Origin: Bythopirellula sp.
Lineage (GTDB): Bacteria; Planctomycetota; Planctomycetia; Pirellulales; Lacipirellulaceae
Direction: 5' to 3'
NCBI GenBank assembly: GCA_965216565.1
Contig: OZ244170.1
Coordinates: forward strand, 2,144,001-2,208,000
Length of the DNA: 64,000 nucleotides
Numbering within the stretch: position 1 is the first letter of the stretch; each line of letters begins with the position of its first letter. The notes beneath the pieces are model-generated. The model was not told the DNA's origin, did no database searches, and worked only from the letters and a program-made list of their open reading frames with translations. Positions 48,049 through 57,630 of the stretch are shown piece by piece. Position numbers and translations under genes: made by a program.

Positions 48049-49239
48049 CTAAAGGGAAGTGACTCGACTGGCAACGCCAAACGATACGCGGAAAATCTGT
48101 CGGAATGTATCCACAACCACTGTCGTGGGAGTTTGCTCGATGCTGACGGTGTCGCCCGGGGCCAGTCGAATATTCTCTCTACCGTTCCGCTTTGCAGCAC
48201 TCAGGCTGGCATTGATCACAATCGGTTGGGGCTGATCTTTTACCCGCCGAATGATCAGCAACTTGTCAGCAACTGGCGAGCTCTGTCCGCCTGCCATGGC
48301 AATTGCGTCGAGTAGATGCACGTCTTGATCTAGTGGCATTTCGTATTGGCCGGGACTTCTCACTAAGCCCGTGACGAACACCATCTCTTCGGCTCGAGGT
48401 ATAATTTTGACCACATCGCGGTCGACCAGACGGGTATCGGCATGAGTTTGCGTCTGCCCTTCCGAAAGATCCATCCGCATCACCTGGAGCGGACGCGACC
48501 TGCCATGGTTGCCGGCCTGGGAATGATTGGATTGGTAGGAAGCCAGCTGCACATTGTCATTCCCCGAGACGAGCGGGTCGCCAGCCAAGCCGGAGTGGTT
48601 TTCTGTGGGCTGACGGATGATTTCCACTTCGGTACTCGCATCTTCCGAAAGTCCGCCCGCAGCGGCTAACGCCGTGACGAGGTTGCAATTGCCATAGGGC
48701 AGTTCGTGGACGCCCGGTTCTTGGACGGCTCCTAACACTGTAACACTGCGAACCGCCTTGGAATCGATCTCAACAGTAACGTAAGGTCGCACGTAAATCT
48801 GGCGTTCAATGCCCGCCTGGGCGATAGTTTGTCCGGCGACATGTGCTTCCATTCCGGCAACTTTCGTGACACCGATCAGTGGTACGTCCACGGTGCCATT
48901 TTGAGCAACCCGAACCATCACGGGCTCCGGCTTTTCCTGATCCCTGCCACTGGCGACTGTTATCTTCAGCAGATCGCGCGGCCCGATGGTTGAATCGCTG
49001 GTTCCTACGGACGACACCCGTGAGAAATCCATCACGCTTGAGTGCTCGCGACTAGAGGCTTGAAAGTTCCCTGGCAACCGCGAAGCCTGAATACCTGTCG
49101 ATCCACAGCCAACGGTTAAACCGGTTAGCAGCAGCAAGCCGCTGATGAGCATGTCTCCACTGAGAGCCGTTGCTAACGTTGCCGTTTGTCGAGCCGTTCG
49201 TGGAAACTGACGCGAGTTGTAAGAATTCGCCTTGGACAT
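48049..49239 (-). CDS. wza: Polysaccharide export lipoprotein Wza/OPX with SLBB domains
   Basis: Lipobox TVGC, IGPRDLLKI, GTVDVPLIG, VLGAVQEPG, VTGLVRSPG. Confidence 0.88.
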   Translation of the reverse strand: MSKANSYNSRQFPRTARQTATLATALSGDMLISGLLLLTGLTVGCGSTGIQASRLPGNFQASSREHSSVMDFSRVSSVGTSDSTIGPRDLLKITVASGRDQEKPEPVMVRVAQNGTVDVPLIGVTKVAGMEAHVAGQTIAQAGIERQIYVRPYVTVEIDSKAVRSVTVLGAVQEPGVHELPYGNCNLVTALAAAGGLSEDASTEVEIIRQPTENHSGLAGDPLVSGNDNVQLASYQSNHSQAGNHGRSRPLQVMRMDLSEGQTQTHADTRLVDRDVVKIIPRAEEMVFVTGLVRSPGQYEMPLDQDVHLLDAIAMAGGQSSPVADKLLIIRRVKDQPQPIVINASLSAAKRNGRENIRLAPGDTVSIEQTPTTVVVDTFRQIFRVSFGVASRVTSL

Positions 49240-49577
49240 CGTAAAGTTCTGGGTCTGTGTGATTGCCCACTAAAATGGCCTGATGATCCACTTGGTGACT
49301 AGTGAATCACCGAGTAGCGGCACCCTAAGACTCGGGCAAGATGCGAGGAGTCCATTGATCGAAACGCGGGCTTTGATCAATGGGCGGGTTAACCTACGGC
49401 CTCCTGCCACCAATCCAGGGGGCGGATAAGTACCTAATCTCTGGGACCCACGCAAGTGCGGACCACGCCAGCCCAAGCAAGCATCGCAAGATGGCTGGCA
49501 CGGCGCAGAATAGAATGCTGCAGCAAAGAAATCTCAGCTTGCTAGCAACGCTAGTTGAGAATCGATCTACGCGACGA

Positions 49578-50912
49578 TCAAGCCTTAACGATTCTCGCCC
49601 GTCCCGCCGCGACATCGTTCATGGCGTTTCTGGTATCGAGCACCAGCCGTGCATGTTCGGCGATAAACGCATAGTCGTAGGCTCGATGGGCGGTCGCAAT
49701 CAGCACACAATCCTGGTCGGCCAGGTATTCGGCTGTCAATTCCTGACTTTCCATAGCCGGCAAGTCGTGGGCACGCATTTCCGGAAGTGCAGGCACATGG
49801 GGATCGTTATAAGTCACCTCGGCACCCTGCGCTAGCAAACCCTCGAGCAGCACAAACGAGGGACTTTCGCGAGGATCGTCGACGTCACTTTTATAAGCGA
49901 TACCCAATAGTGCAATCTTGCTGCCGCGAACTGGTTTGCCTTCCTGGTTCAGGGCATCGCTTAGTCGCCGCAGTACAAAATTAGGCATCGACGAGTTGAT
50001 CTCGCCGGCCAATTCAATGAACCGGGCCGACATGCCGTGCTTGCGAGCAACCCAGCTAAGATAAAAAGGATCGATGGGTATGCAGTGCCCGCCTAGGCCA
50101 GGACCTGGGTAAAAAGCCGAGAAACCAAACGGCTTGGTCTTCGCAGCTTCGATCACTTCCCACACATCGATATCCATCCGAGTGCAAAGCAGTTTGAGTT
50201 CGTTAACCAGAGCGATGTTCACCGCCCGATAGGTGTTCTCCAATATCTTGCACGCTTCGGCGACTTCACAGGAAGAAACAGGAACCACCTCGGCCACTGC
50301 TTTGCCGTAAAGGGCGACGGCCAATTCTTGGCTCTCTTGATCGATGCCGCCCACGACCTTAGGAATCTTCGCTGCGGAGAAGTCCTCGTTTCCCGGGTCC
50401 TCGCGCTCAGGGCTATAGGCCAGAAAAAAGTCTTTGCCCACTTCAAGCCCCGATGTGGCCAGCTCGGCAAGCACTACGTCTCGTGTTGTCCCCGGGTAAG
50501 TTGTGCTTTCCAAGACTAGCAGTTGACCGGGCCGAAGTATTTTGGCGATTTCGTGAAACGTCGAGGTAACATAGCTCAGATCGGGATCGCGGGACTCCGT
50601 CAGCGGAGTCGGCACGCAGACAAGAATTGCGTCGGCGTCTGCCAGGCGATTGATATCGGCGGTAGCCTCAAACGCATTCTTTTCGTGCCACTGCTGTAGT
50701 TTTTCCGAGGGGATGTGCCCAATGTAGCTCTCGCCCTGGTTCAGCTTGTCGATTTTCTGTTGATCGACATCGTAGCCAATGGCACGAATCCCAGCTCGTA
50801 CAAAGGCATCGACCAAGGGCAGTCCGACGTAGCCTAAACCAACGACTCCCACAACCACTTGGTTGTTCTGGATGCGGGTGCGAAGCGTTTCGAAGCTTGA
50901 TGCGTTGGGCAT
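49578..50912 (-). CDS. wbpA: UDP-GlcNAc 6-dehydrogenase (WbpA-like)
   Basis: GLGYVG, CVPTP, ESTTYPGTT, KILENTYR, GGHCIPIDP, DPRESP; probable ATG 50912. Confidence 0.88.
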   Translation of the reverse strand: MPNASSFETLRTRIQNNQVVVGVVGLGYVGLPLVDAFVRAGIRAIGYDVDQQKIDKLNQGESYIGHIPSEKLQQWHEKNAFEATADINRLADADAILVCVPTPLTESRDPDLSYVTSTFHEIAKILRPGQLLVLESTTYPGTTRDVVLAELATSGLEVGKDFFLAYSPEREDPGNEDFSAAKIPKVVGGIDQESQELAVALYGKAVAEVVPVSSCEVAEACKILENTYRAVNIALVNELKLLCTRMDIDVWEVIEAAKTKPFGFSAFYPGPGLGGHCIPIDPFYLSWVARKHGMSARFIELAGEINSSMPNFVLRRLSDALNQEGKPVRGSKIALLGIAYKSDVDDPRESPSFVLLEGLLAQGAEVTYNDPHVPALPEMRAHDLPAMESQELTAEYLADQDCVLIATAHRAYDYAFIAEHARLVLDTRNAMNDVAAGRARIVKA

Positions 50913-51049
50913 AAACGTAAACCAGAGCCAAGGTTTCGGGACGACCGATCTTGACAAGTCTATCTATCTTCAGCGACGCTGTCGACCTTGCCGCCTCGTC
51001 GAAATATGGCCTCGCGCGGCAGAATCAATTCTTCAACTTGCGAGCGAAC

Positions 51050-51985
51050 ATGGGAACTTACTTGGTTACTGGCGGAGCGGGTTTCATTGGCTCCCACATT
51101 GCCTCGGCACTGGTTGAGCGAGGCGATACTGTCCGCGTATTGGATAACCTCAGCACTGGCACCGAAGCAAATCTTGCTCATCTGGGTGACAAAGTCGAAG
51201 TCGTGAAGGGCGACGTCCAAAACGCCAAGATTGCCGAGCAAGCCGTGGATGGCGTGGATGTGGTGTATCACCAGGCCGCACTGGCATCGGTTCCGCGTAG
51301 TGTGGCAAAGCCCATGGACACGAACGATGCCTGTGTGACCGGTACTGTCACAATGCTCGATGCAGCTCGCCGGGCAAAAGTTCGACGATTCGTCTACGCC
51401 GGTTCGAGCAGTGCCTATGGCGATCAGCCGTTTTCCTCGAAGCGTGAAAGTGACGTTCCGGCACCACTTTCTCCCTACGCCGCGGCCAAATTGGCAGGCG
51501 AATATTATTGTCGGGCATTTGCGGCAACCTATGGGCTGGAGACGGTCGCGATACGCTACTTCAATGTGTTCGGTCCCAGGCAAGATCCCAATAGCGAATA
51601 CTCCGCAGTCATTCCACTTTTCGTTACCGCCATGCTAGCGGGCAAACAGCCGACCGTATTTGGTGACGGTTACCAGTCGCGCGACTTTACCTACATCGAC
51701 AATGTCGTCGCGGGCAACCTGGCCGCCGCTGATGCTCCCCATGCCACAGGCCAAGTTTTCAACGTAGCCTGCGGGCATCAATTCACGTTGCTCGATTTGA
51801 TCGCTTCTATCAATCGAGTCCTGGGAACTGAAATCGAGCCGATTTTCGCCGAAGCACGGACCGGCGACGTTCGCGAGAGCTTGGCAGACATTACCGCAGC
51901 GCGGGAAGTCCTTGGCTATGAGCCAGTGATCGACTTCGACGAAGGTCTGCGTCGTTCGATTGAGTACTATCGCTCGCTATCATGA
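51050..51985 (+). CDS. NAD-dependent nucleotide-sugar 4-epimerase (WbpP/WbgU-like SDR)
   Basis: TGGAGFIG, SVPRS, YAAAK, RYFNVFGPRQDP. Confidence 0.9.
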   Translation: MGTYLVTGGAGFIGSHIASALVERGDTVRVLDNLSTGTEANLAHLGDKVEVVKGDVQNAKIAEQAVDGVDVVYHQAALASVPRSVAKPMDTNDACVTGTVTMLDAARRAKVRRFVYAGSSSAYGDQPFSSKRESDVPAPLSPYAAAKLAGEYYCRAFAATYGLETVAIRYFNVFGPRQDPNSEYSAVIPLFVTAMLAGKQPTVFGDGYQSRDFTYIDNVVAGNLAAADAPHATGQVFNVACGHQFTLLDLIASINRVLGTEIEPIFAEARTGDVRESLADITAAREVLGYEPVIDFDEGLRRSIEYYRSLS

Positions 51986-52132
51986 GATTGCTCTCCACGT
52001 AGTGCTATCACTGAGAGTGCATTGCGAGGAGGTTAGCTGGCGTTGTCATGACTACACCAAGTTTGTAGCCTCTCGGCCGAACTCGTTTTCTACGATTCAA
52101 CTTCCCGTCGTTGAAAAGAAGGACCTAGCGCG

Positions 52133-53125
52133 ATGAATTTCGGCTTAATCGGCGCCGCTGGCTATATTGCACCTAAGCATTTCAAAGCCATTCACGATAC
52201 CGGCAATACGCTGGTCGCAGCGGTCGACCCCCACGATTGCGTGGGCCGGCTCGATAGTTTCTTCCCTCAGGCACGATTCTTTACCGAGATCGAACGCTTT
52301 GATCGCTATCTCGAAAAGTGCCGACGCGGCCCGGAGGAAGAGCGCGTCAATTACGTCAGCGTCTGCTCCCCCAATTATTTACATGATGCCCATGTCCGCT
52401 TGGCCCTGCGGGTCAAAGCTCATGCCATTTGCGAGAAGCCGTTGGTGATTTCGCCTTGGAATCTCGACGCGCTCGAAGAGCTCGAAGCAGAACATGGCAG
52501 CCGAATCTATACCGTGCTCCAATTGCGACTGCTGCCCTCTCTGTTAGAGCTACGTAAAAAGATGCTGGAACAGACGGCCCGTGAAAAAGCGGATATTTGT
52601 CTTACTTACATCACTCGACGTGGCCGCTGGTACGACACTTCTTGGAAAGGCAATCACGAGAAATCAGGCGGGGTGGCCCTCAATATTGGCATCCACTTTT
52701 TCGACCTGTTGCACTGGCTCTTCGGAGATGCCGAACAAAGTACGACGCACTTAAACACTCCGCGGAAAATGGCCGGCGTCTTGGAACTCGACCGTGCCCG
52801 GGTGCGGTGGTTCCTTTCGACCGATGCGGATGACTTGCCCGACCATGTCACAGAGCAGGGCGGTTATGCTTATCGGTCGATGACCTACGACGGCCAAGAA
52901 ATCGATTTCTCTTGTGGATTTACCGACTTGCACACGGCCGTGTACGAAAACATTTTTGCGGGCCAGGGAACTGGCATCTCAGATGCTCGACCTGCTATCG
53001 AGCTAGCGCACACAATTAATCGCAGCGAGACAGCGTCAAGCTTGCGTGACGCCCATCCGTTTGTTCACGATGTTTCCAGCGTCCGCTGGCCCCGCATCGA
53101 ACGAACTGCTAGCAAAGCTGCGTAA
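52133..53125 (+). CDS. wbpB: UDP-GlcNAcA 3-dehydrogenase (WbpB/WlbA-like)
   Basis: GAAGYIAPKH, SPNYLH, CEKPL, LQLR, NIGIHFFD, GFTDLHT. Confidence 0.9.
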   Translation: MNFGLIGAAGYIAPKHFKAIHDTGNTLVAAVDPHDCVGRLDSFFPQARFFTEIERFDRYLEKCRRGPEEERVNYVSVCSPNYLHDAHVRLALRVKAHAICEKPLVISPWNLDALEELEAEHGSRIYTVLQLRLLPSLLELRKKMLEQTAREKADICLTYITRRGRWYDTSWKGNHEKSGGVALNIGIHFFDLLHWLFGDAEQSTTHLNTPRKMAGVLELDRARVRWFLSTDADDLPDHVTEQGGYAYRSMTYDGQEIDFSCGFTDLHTAVYENIFAGQGTGISDARPAIELAHTINRSETASSLRDAHPFVHDVSSVRWPRIERTASKAA

Positions 53126-53210
53126 CACTCTTATTGCTACCGCGGTGGCAATTCTTATAGACTACGCCAGCAGTTTGATTTCACGATTCCCGTAAGTTTG
53201 CAGGTGCGCT

Positions 53211-53825
53211 ATGGATGGCGGCTCTGATTATTCTGTCCACGAATCTTCCTACGTCGACGATGGTGTCGTTATCGGCAAGGCAACCTGCATCTGGCACTTT
53301 TGCCACATCATGAGCGGTTCCACGCTCGGGGACAATTGCCGCGTCGGACAGAATGTTGTGATTGGCCCACGCGCACACCTCGGCAACAACGTCAAGATTC
53401 AAAACAATGTGTCCGTCTACGAAGGGGTAACGCTAGAGGACGACGTATTCTGTGGGCCTTCTATGGTTTTCACAAACATACTAACTCCACGATCCGCGTT
53501 CCCTCGAAACCGTAGTGAGGACAATCTGTCCACGCTTGTAAGGCGCGGCGCCAGTATTGGAGCGAATGCCACGATTGTTTGCGGTGTGACGATTGGCGAG
53601 CATGCCCTCATCGGTGCCGGAGCGGTAGTGACGAAGGACGTCGCTCCCTATGCCATTGTCTGTGGCAATCCGGCACGCCAACATGGTTGGGCCTGCGAGT
53701 GCGGGATCGTCCTTTCTTTTGCCGGCAACGAAGCCTGTTGTGCGGAGTGTTCCCGGAGCTATCGAGAAATCGAAAATGGCTATCAATTGCAACCGCTAAC
53801 GACTAGCAAGAAGTCTGTCGCCTAA
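53211..53825 (+). CDS. wbpD: Hexapeptide N-acetyltransferase (WbpD/WlbB-like)
   Basis: IWHFCH, KIQNNVSVY, GPSMVFTN, GNPAR; C-terminal Cys cluster. Confidence 0.9.
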   Translation: MDGGSDYSVHESSYVDDGVVIGKATCIWHFCHIMSGSTLGDNCRVGQNVVIGPRAHLGNNVKIQNNVSVYEGVTLEDDVFCGPSMVFTNILTPRSAFPRNRSEDNLSTLVRRGASIGANATIVCGVTIGEHALIGAGAVVTKDVAPYAIVCGNPARQHGWACECGIVLSFAGNEACCAECSRSYREIENGYQLQPLTTSKKSVA

Positions 53826-53839
53826 CCGAGAACTAAACC

Positions 53840-55036
53840 ATGATCCCGCTTTGCGATCTGCAATCGCAGTACCAAACTATTTGCCACGATGTCAGCACAG
53901 CCATTGAGCAAGTGTGCGCGAGTGGTGCTTACGTGCTGGGTCCGAATGTTAAACAATTTGAGTCCGAAGTCGCAGACTATCTGACAAGCGACCACACGAT
54001 TGGCGTTGGCAGCGGCACCGATGCCCTGCATCTCGTCTTGCGAGCCTTGGGAATTGGCCCCGGCGACGAAGTTATTACCACACCGTTCACGTTTGTTGCC
54101 ACGACCGAAGCGATTGGACTCGTTGGTGCATCGCCCAAGTTCGTCGATATCTCGCCCAACACATTCAACATCGATCCCCAGCACATCGAACAAGCAATCA
54201 CGAAGCGCACCAAGGCAATTCTACCGGTTCACCTCTACGGCCAGCCCTGCGAGATGGACGCGATTATGGACATCGCCAACCGGCACAACTTACCTGTGAT
54301 CGAAGACTGTGCACAGGCGATCGGGGCGGAGTATCGGGGACAGAAGGTTGGCACGTTTGGCGTAGCAGGTTGCTTCAGCTTTTTCCCTAGCAAAAATCTG
54401 GGCTGCTTCGGCGACGGGGGTCTTGTTGCCACCAACGACCCGGAACTCGGCAAACGCGTGGAGATGCTTCGCCGCCACGGTGGACGCGTGAAATACCACC
54501 ACTCGGAATTGGGACTTAATAGTCGACTGGATGAAATCCAAGCTGCCGTATTGCGGGTCAAACTCCCACTGCTCGATCGCTGGAACAGTCAACGCCGTGC
54601 GGTTGCCGCAGCTTACAACAAGAAATTGGCGGGGCTCAGCGAAGTCACTGTGCCCGAAGAATTACATGCCGAAGGTCTCCAACCAGCAATTGCAGAACAC
54701 GAGAACACATTGCTTTCGGCTGTTTATCATCAGTACACGATCGAGGTAGACGACCGAGACGCGATTGCCAGCGCTATGAAATTGCAGGATGTACAGACTT
54801 GCGTGTACTATCCCATACCGTTGCACTTGCAAGAGGTTCACAAAGATCTTGGCCATGCACGAGGCTCATTTCCAAATGCAGAACGAGCCGCGAAGCGCTG
54901 CCTAAGCTTGCCCATGTTTCCGGAACTTACCGACGAACAAATTGCCCACGTTGTCGACGCACTCCAGCAGGAAGCATCGACTCATCATGTCGAAAAGCCG
55001 GGCAAAGATTCCCACACTCATAGTTTAGTCGCCTAA
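53840..55036 (+). CDS. wbpE: DegT-family aminotransferase (WbpE/WlbC-like)
   Basis: [35 protein letters not shown]; directly after wbpB and wbpD. Confidence 0.8.
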   Translation: MIPLCDLQSQYQTICHDVSTAIEQVCASGAYVLGPNVKQFESEVADYLTSDHTIGVGSGTDALHLVLRALGIGPGDEVITTPFTFVATTEAIGLVGASPKFVDISPNTFNIDPQHIEQAITKRTKAILPVHLYGQPCEMDAIMDIANRHNLPVIEDCAQAIGAEYRGQKVGTFGVAGCFSFFPSKNLGCFGDGGLVATNDPELGKRVEMLRRHGGRVKYHHSELGLNSRLDEIQAAVLRVKLPLLDRWNSQRRAVAAAYNKKLAGLSEVTVPEELHAEGLQPAIAEHENTLLSAVYHQYTIEVDDRDAIASAMKLQDVQTCVYYPIPLHLQEVHKDLGHARGSFPNAERAAKRCLSLPMFPELTDEQIAHVVDALQQEASTHHVEKPGKDSHTHSLVA

Positions 55037-55072
55037 ACAAGAACCCGAACAAGAATTCCCGAACAAGAATTC
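55036..55072 (+). repeat. Short intergenic tandem repeat
   Basis: AACAAGAA x3 with CCCG and TTCCCG spacers. Confidence 0.7.
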
Positions 55073-55109
55073 ATCGTAGACTCAGCTCAAGAAAGGATTC
55101 TGTAGAGCT

Positions 55110-55364
55110 ATGGATAATCAAGCATTTGTCAAATCATTCGCCGAGATGCTACAAGAAGAGAACACCGAGGTGACCAGCGAAACTAAACTCGAAGCGTTGG
55201 AGAATTGGGACTCGCTCACCGTCCTGGAATTCCTCACCCTGGCTGACGAGCAATATGGCGTGGAACTCGAAATCGACGAACTCTCGGCATGCGACACGGT
55301 AGGGAAAATCGGCGCTTTGATTGAAAAGTCGAAACCCAACACCGTTCACGCCAAGGCAGGTTGA
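55110..55364 (+). CDS. Acyl carrier protein
   Basis: Acidic 84-aa protein with WDSL phosphopantetheine motif. Confidence 0.88.
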   Translation: MDNQAFVKSFAEMLQEENTEVTSETKLEALENWDSLTVLEFLTLADEQYGVELEIDELSACDTVGKIGALIEKSKPNTVHAKAG

Positions 55365-55374
55365 ACGATCGGCG

Positions 55375-56517
55375 ATGGAATTTCGGCCCTATCACCCGAC
55401 AGACAAATCTGCGGCGCTGGCACTTCGACAGCGACTCCAGGCCCACGATCCATCCTTGTCGTTTCCGATTCCCGAAAGCAACCACGCGACGCTGTGTACA
55501 GAGCCCTCCGAAGTTCAATCGATTGTTGCCACCGACGCCAACGGAATCCACGGTGGCTACAGCATGCGATGCGATCACTATCGTTGGCAGGGCGAGCCAG
55601 TGTTGCTCTACTACTTTGGCTACCCGATTTCTGAAGGGTTACTGAATAAGAAGTACGCCACACTCGGTCTGCAGTTGCAGCGCGATATCCAGAAACGGGC
55701 CCAGCTGGCCTATGGACTGGGCGGCGGGGGAATTCAATCTCGTGTGAATCAACTAAAAATTCGCGGCGGCTGGTCGGCTGAGGATGTGCCCTGCTTTTTC
55801 TACTGCAATCGCACCTCGCGCGTGTTGGAACAACTTCCCGCTTTGCAGCGGAGCAAGACTCGCAGCACTCTCGCCAGAATCTTGTCGAAGAGTGGCCTCG
55901 GTGCAGCCGGAGTGGCGGCCGCAAACGGTCTCCGCTCTCGGAAGTCCGAAAGTTACAACCAGAAAACCAGCTACCAAATCGTCTCGCAATTCCCAGAATG
56001 GGTCGATACCCTCGACGAACAATGCAGCACCGAATTCGATCTGATCGCTCGACGCGATCGCGTAGCGTTAGAGAATCGATTTCCCACAGAAGCGCCTTAC
56101 CTCCATCGAGGAATCGTTACCTCTCACTCGCGGCGCGTGGGCTGGTTTGTCGCGCTCGAAAAGATCCACAACAAAACTCAGCACTTTGGCGATCTCAAGG
56201 TTGGTCTCATCGCCGATTTCCTCGCACCGCCCGAGCACGTAAACAAAGTCATTTGGGCTGCAACCCAGCAGCTTCGTCAGGCGGACTGCGATTTAATTAT
56301 TTGCAATGCTAGCCATAGAAACGCCGTGGCTGCGCTCAACTCGACTGGATTCTTTCAGGGGCCGTCCAATTTCCCCATGCTTGTGAGCCCGCAATTGGGA
56401 ACACGCTTGGGCGCACTTTCCAACACCCTTGTTCGCTCTCACATTGTGCGTGCCGATGGCGATTCTGTTCAGGCGATGTTACCCGCGCAGCCAGTTTCTC
56501 TGGAGAGGGCGGCATGA
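55375..56517 (+). CDS. Putative tandem GNAT-fold acyltransferase
   Basis: MEFRPY start, KYATLGLQL (motif A-like), C-terminal GWFV..IADF..GF pattern; lies between ACP and FabH. Confidence 0.5.
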   Translation: MEFRPYHPTDKSAALALRQRLQAHDPSLSFPIPESNHATLCTEPSEVQSIVATDANGIHGGYSMRCDHYRWQGEPVLLYYFGYPISEGLLNKKYATLGLQLQRDIQKRAQLAYGLGGGGIQSRVNQLKIRGGWSAEDVPCFFYCNRTSRVLEQLPALQRSKTRSTLARILSKSGLGAAGVAAANGLRSRKSESYNQKTSYQIVSQFPEWVDTLDEQCSTEFDLIARRDRVALENRFPTEAPYLHRGIVTSHSRRVGWFVALEKIHNKTQHFGDLKVGLIADFLAPPEHVNKVIWAATQQLRQADCDLIICNASHRNAVAALNSTGFFQGPSNFPMLVSPQLGTRLGALSNTLVRSHIVRADGDSVQAMLPAQPVSLERAA

Positions 56518-57554
56518 CAAACTACGCTTCAATTCTTGGCATCGACTACGTATTGCCTCCTGAAAAGGTGACCAACGAAGACTTAAGCCGCGAGTTTCCC
56601 GAGTGGTCGATGGAAAAGATATCCGCCAAGACAGGAATTAAGGAACGTCGCACCGTCTCCTCAGAATGTGCCTCCGACTTGGCCACCTCGGCCGCCGAGA
56701 AACTCTTCTGCGAACATCCCGAGTGGAAAGAGCAAACCGAGGCGATCATCTTCTGCACACAAACACCCGACTACTTCCTACCGGCCTCGGCGTGTTTGAT
56801 CCAACAGCGGCTCAAGCTGCCCCATTCCGTGGCAGCGGTCGATATCAATCAAGGCTGCTCAGGGTACATCTACAGTTTGGGGTTGGCTAAAGGGATGGTG
56901 GAGACTGGCCAAGCCCGGGGTGTGCTGCTGCTCAATGCCGACACCTACACCCGACTCATTCATCCCAATGACAAATCTGCCCGGACACTTTTTGGCGACG
57001 CAGGATGTGCCACGTTTGTTTCAACCGCGACAGAAGCAAGCCCATCAGAAAATGTGGGCCCGTTCTGTTACGGCACGGACGGGGCAGGGGCCGAGAATCT
57101 AATGGTTCCGGCCGGAGGTTTCCGTACCCCCAGCGATGCCTCGACCACCGTGGAAGTAACCGACGCTAATGGCAATTGTCGAACACAGCAAAATCTATCG
57201 ATGAACGGCGCGGAGGTCTTCGCCTTTGCTCTCAAGCGTGTGCCGCAGCTAGTGGCTCAAATACTCGATAAGGCCCAGTGCACTGAAGGCGACATCGACC
57301 ACTTTGTGTTCCATCAAGCGAATCAGTACATGCTGGAAACGCTCCGCAAAAAGTGCAAGATTCCAGCCGAGAAGTTTTCGGTTTGTCTGGAAAACACTGG
57401 CAATACGGTCTCAGCGTCGATTCCGCTCGCGCTATGCAATCTACAGCAGCGGGGGGAATTGAAACCCGGGGATCGCGTCATGCTCGTCGGCTTTGGAGTG
57501 GGCTACTCCTGGGGCGCGACCCTTGTGCGTTGGACCGGTCCAGAGGGCACTTGA
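56514..57554 (+). CDS. fabH: 3-oxoacyl-ACP synthase III (FabH-like), locus-specific paralogue
   Basis: QGCSG, FGDAG, FHQAN, GNTVSASIP, GFGVG. Confidence 0.9.
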   Translation: MTNYASILGIDYVLPPEKVTNEDLSREFPEWSMEKISAKTGIKERRTVSSECASDLATSAAEKLFCEHPEWKEQTEAIIFCTQTPDYFLPASACLIQQRLKLPHSVAAVDINQGCSGYIYSLGLAKGMVETGQARGVLLLNADTYTRLIHPNDKSARTLFGDAGCATFVSTATEASPSENVGPFCYGTDGAGAENLMVPAGGFRTPSDASTTVEVTDANGNCRTQQNLSMNGAEVFAFALKRVPQLVAQILDKAQCTEGDIDHFVFHQANQYMLETLRKKCKIPAEKFSVCLENTGNTVSASIPLALCNLQQRGELKPGDRVMLVGFGVGYSWGATLVRWTGPEGT

Positions 57555-57630
57555 TTTAGCCACTTGATTTAAAGAGTCGAGTACTCGCCAACCCCGACTC
57601 ACCTTGAAATACTAACAACACCGCAACACG

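Noticed and set aside
55036..55072. Tandem AACAAGAA repeats as CRISPR or phase-variation tract
   Set aside because: Only three short imperfect units, no spacers, no cas genes, and intergenic.
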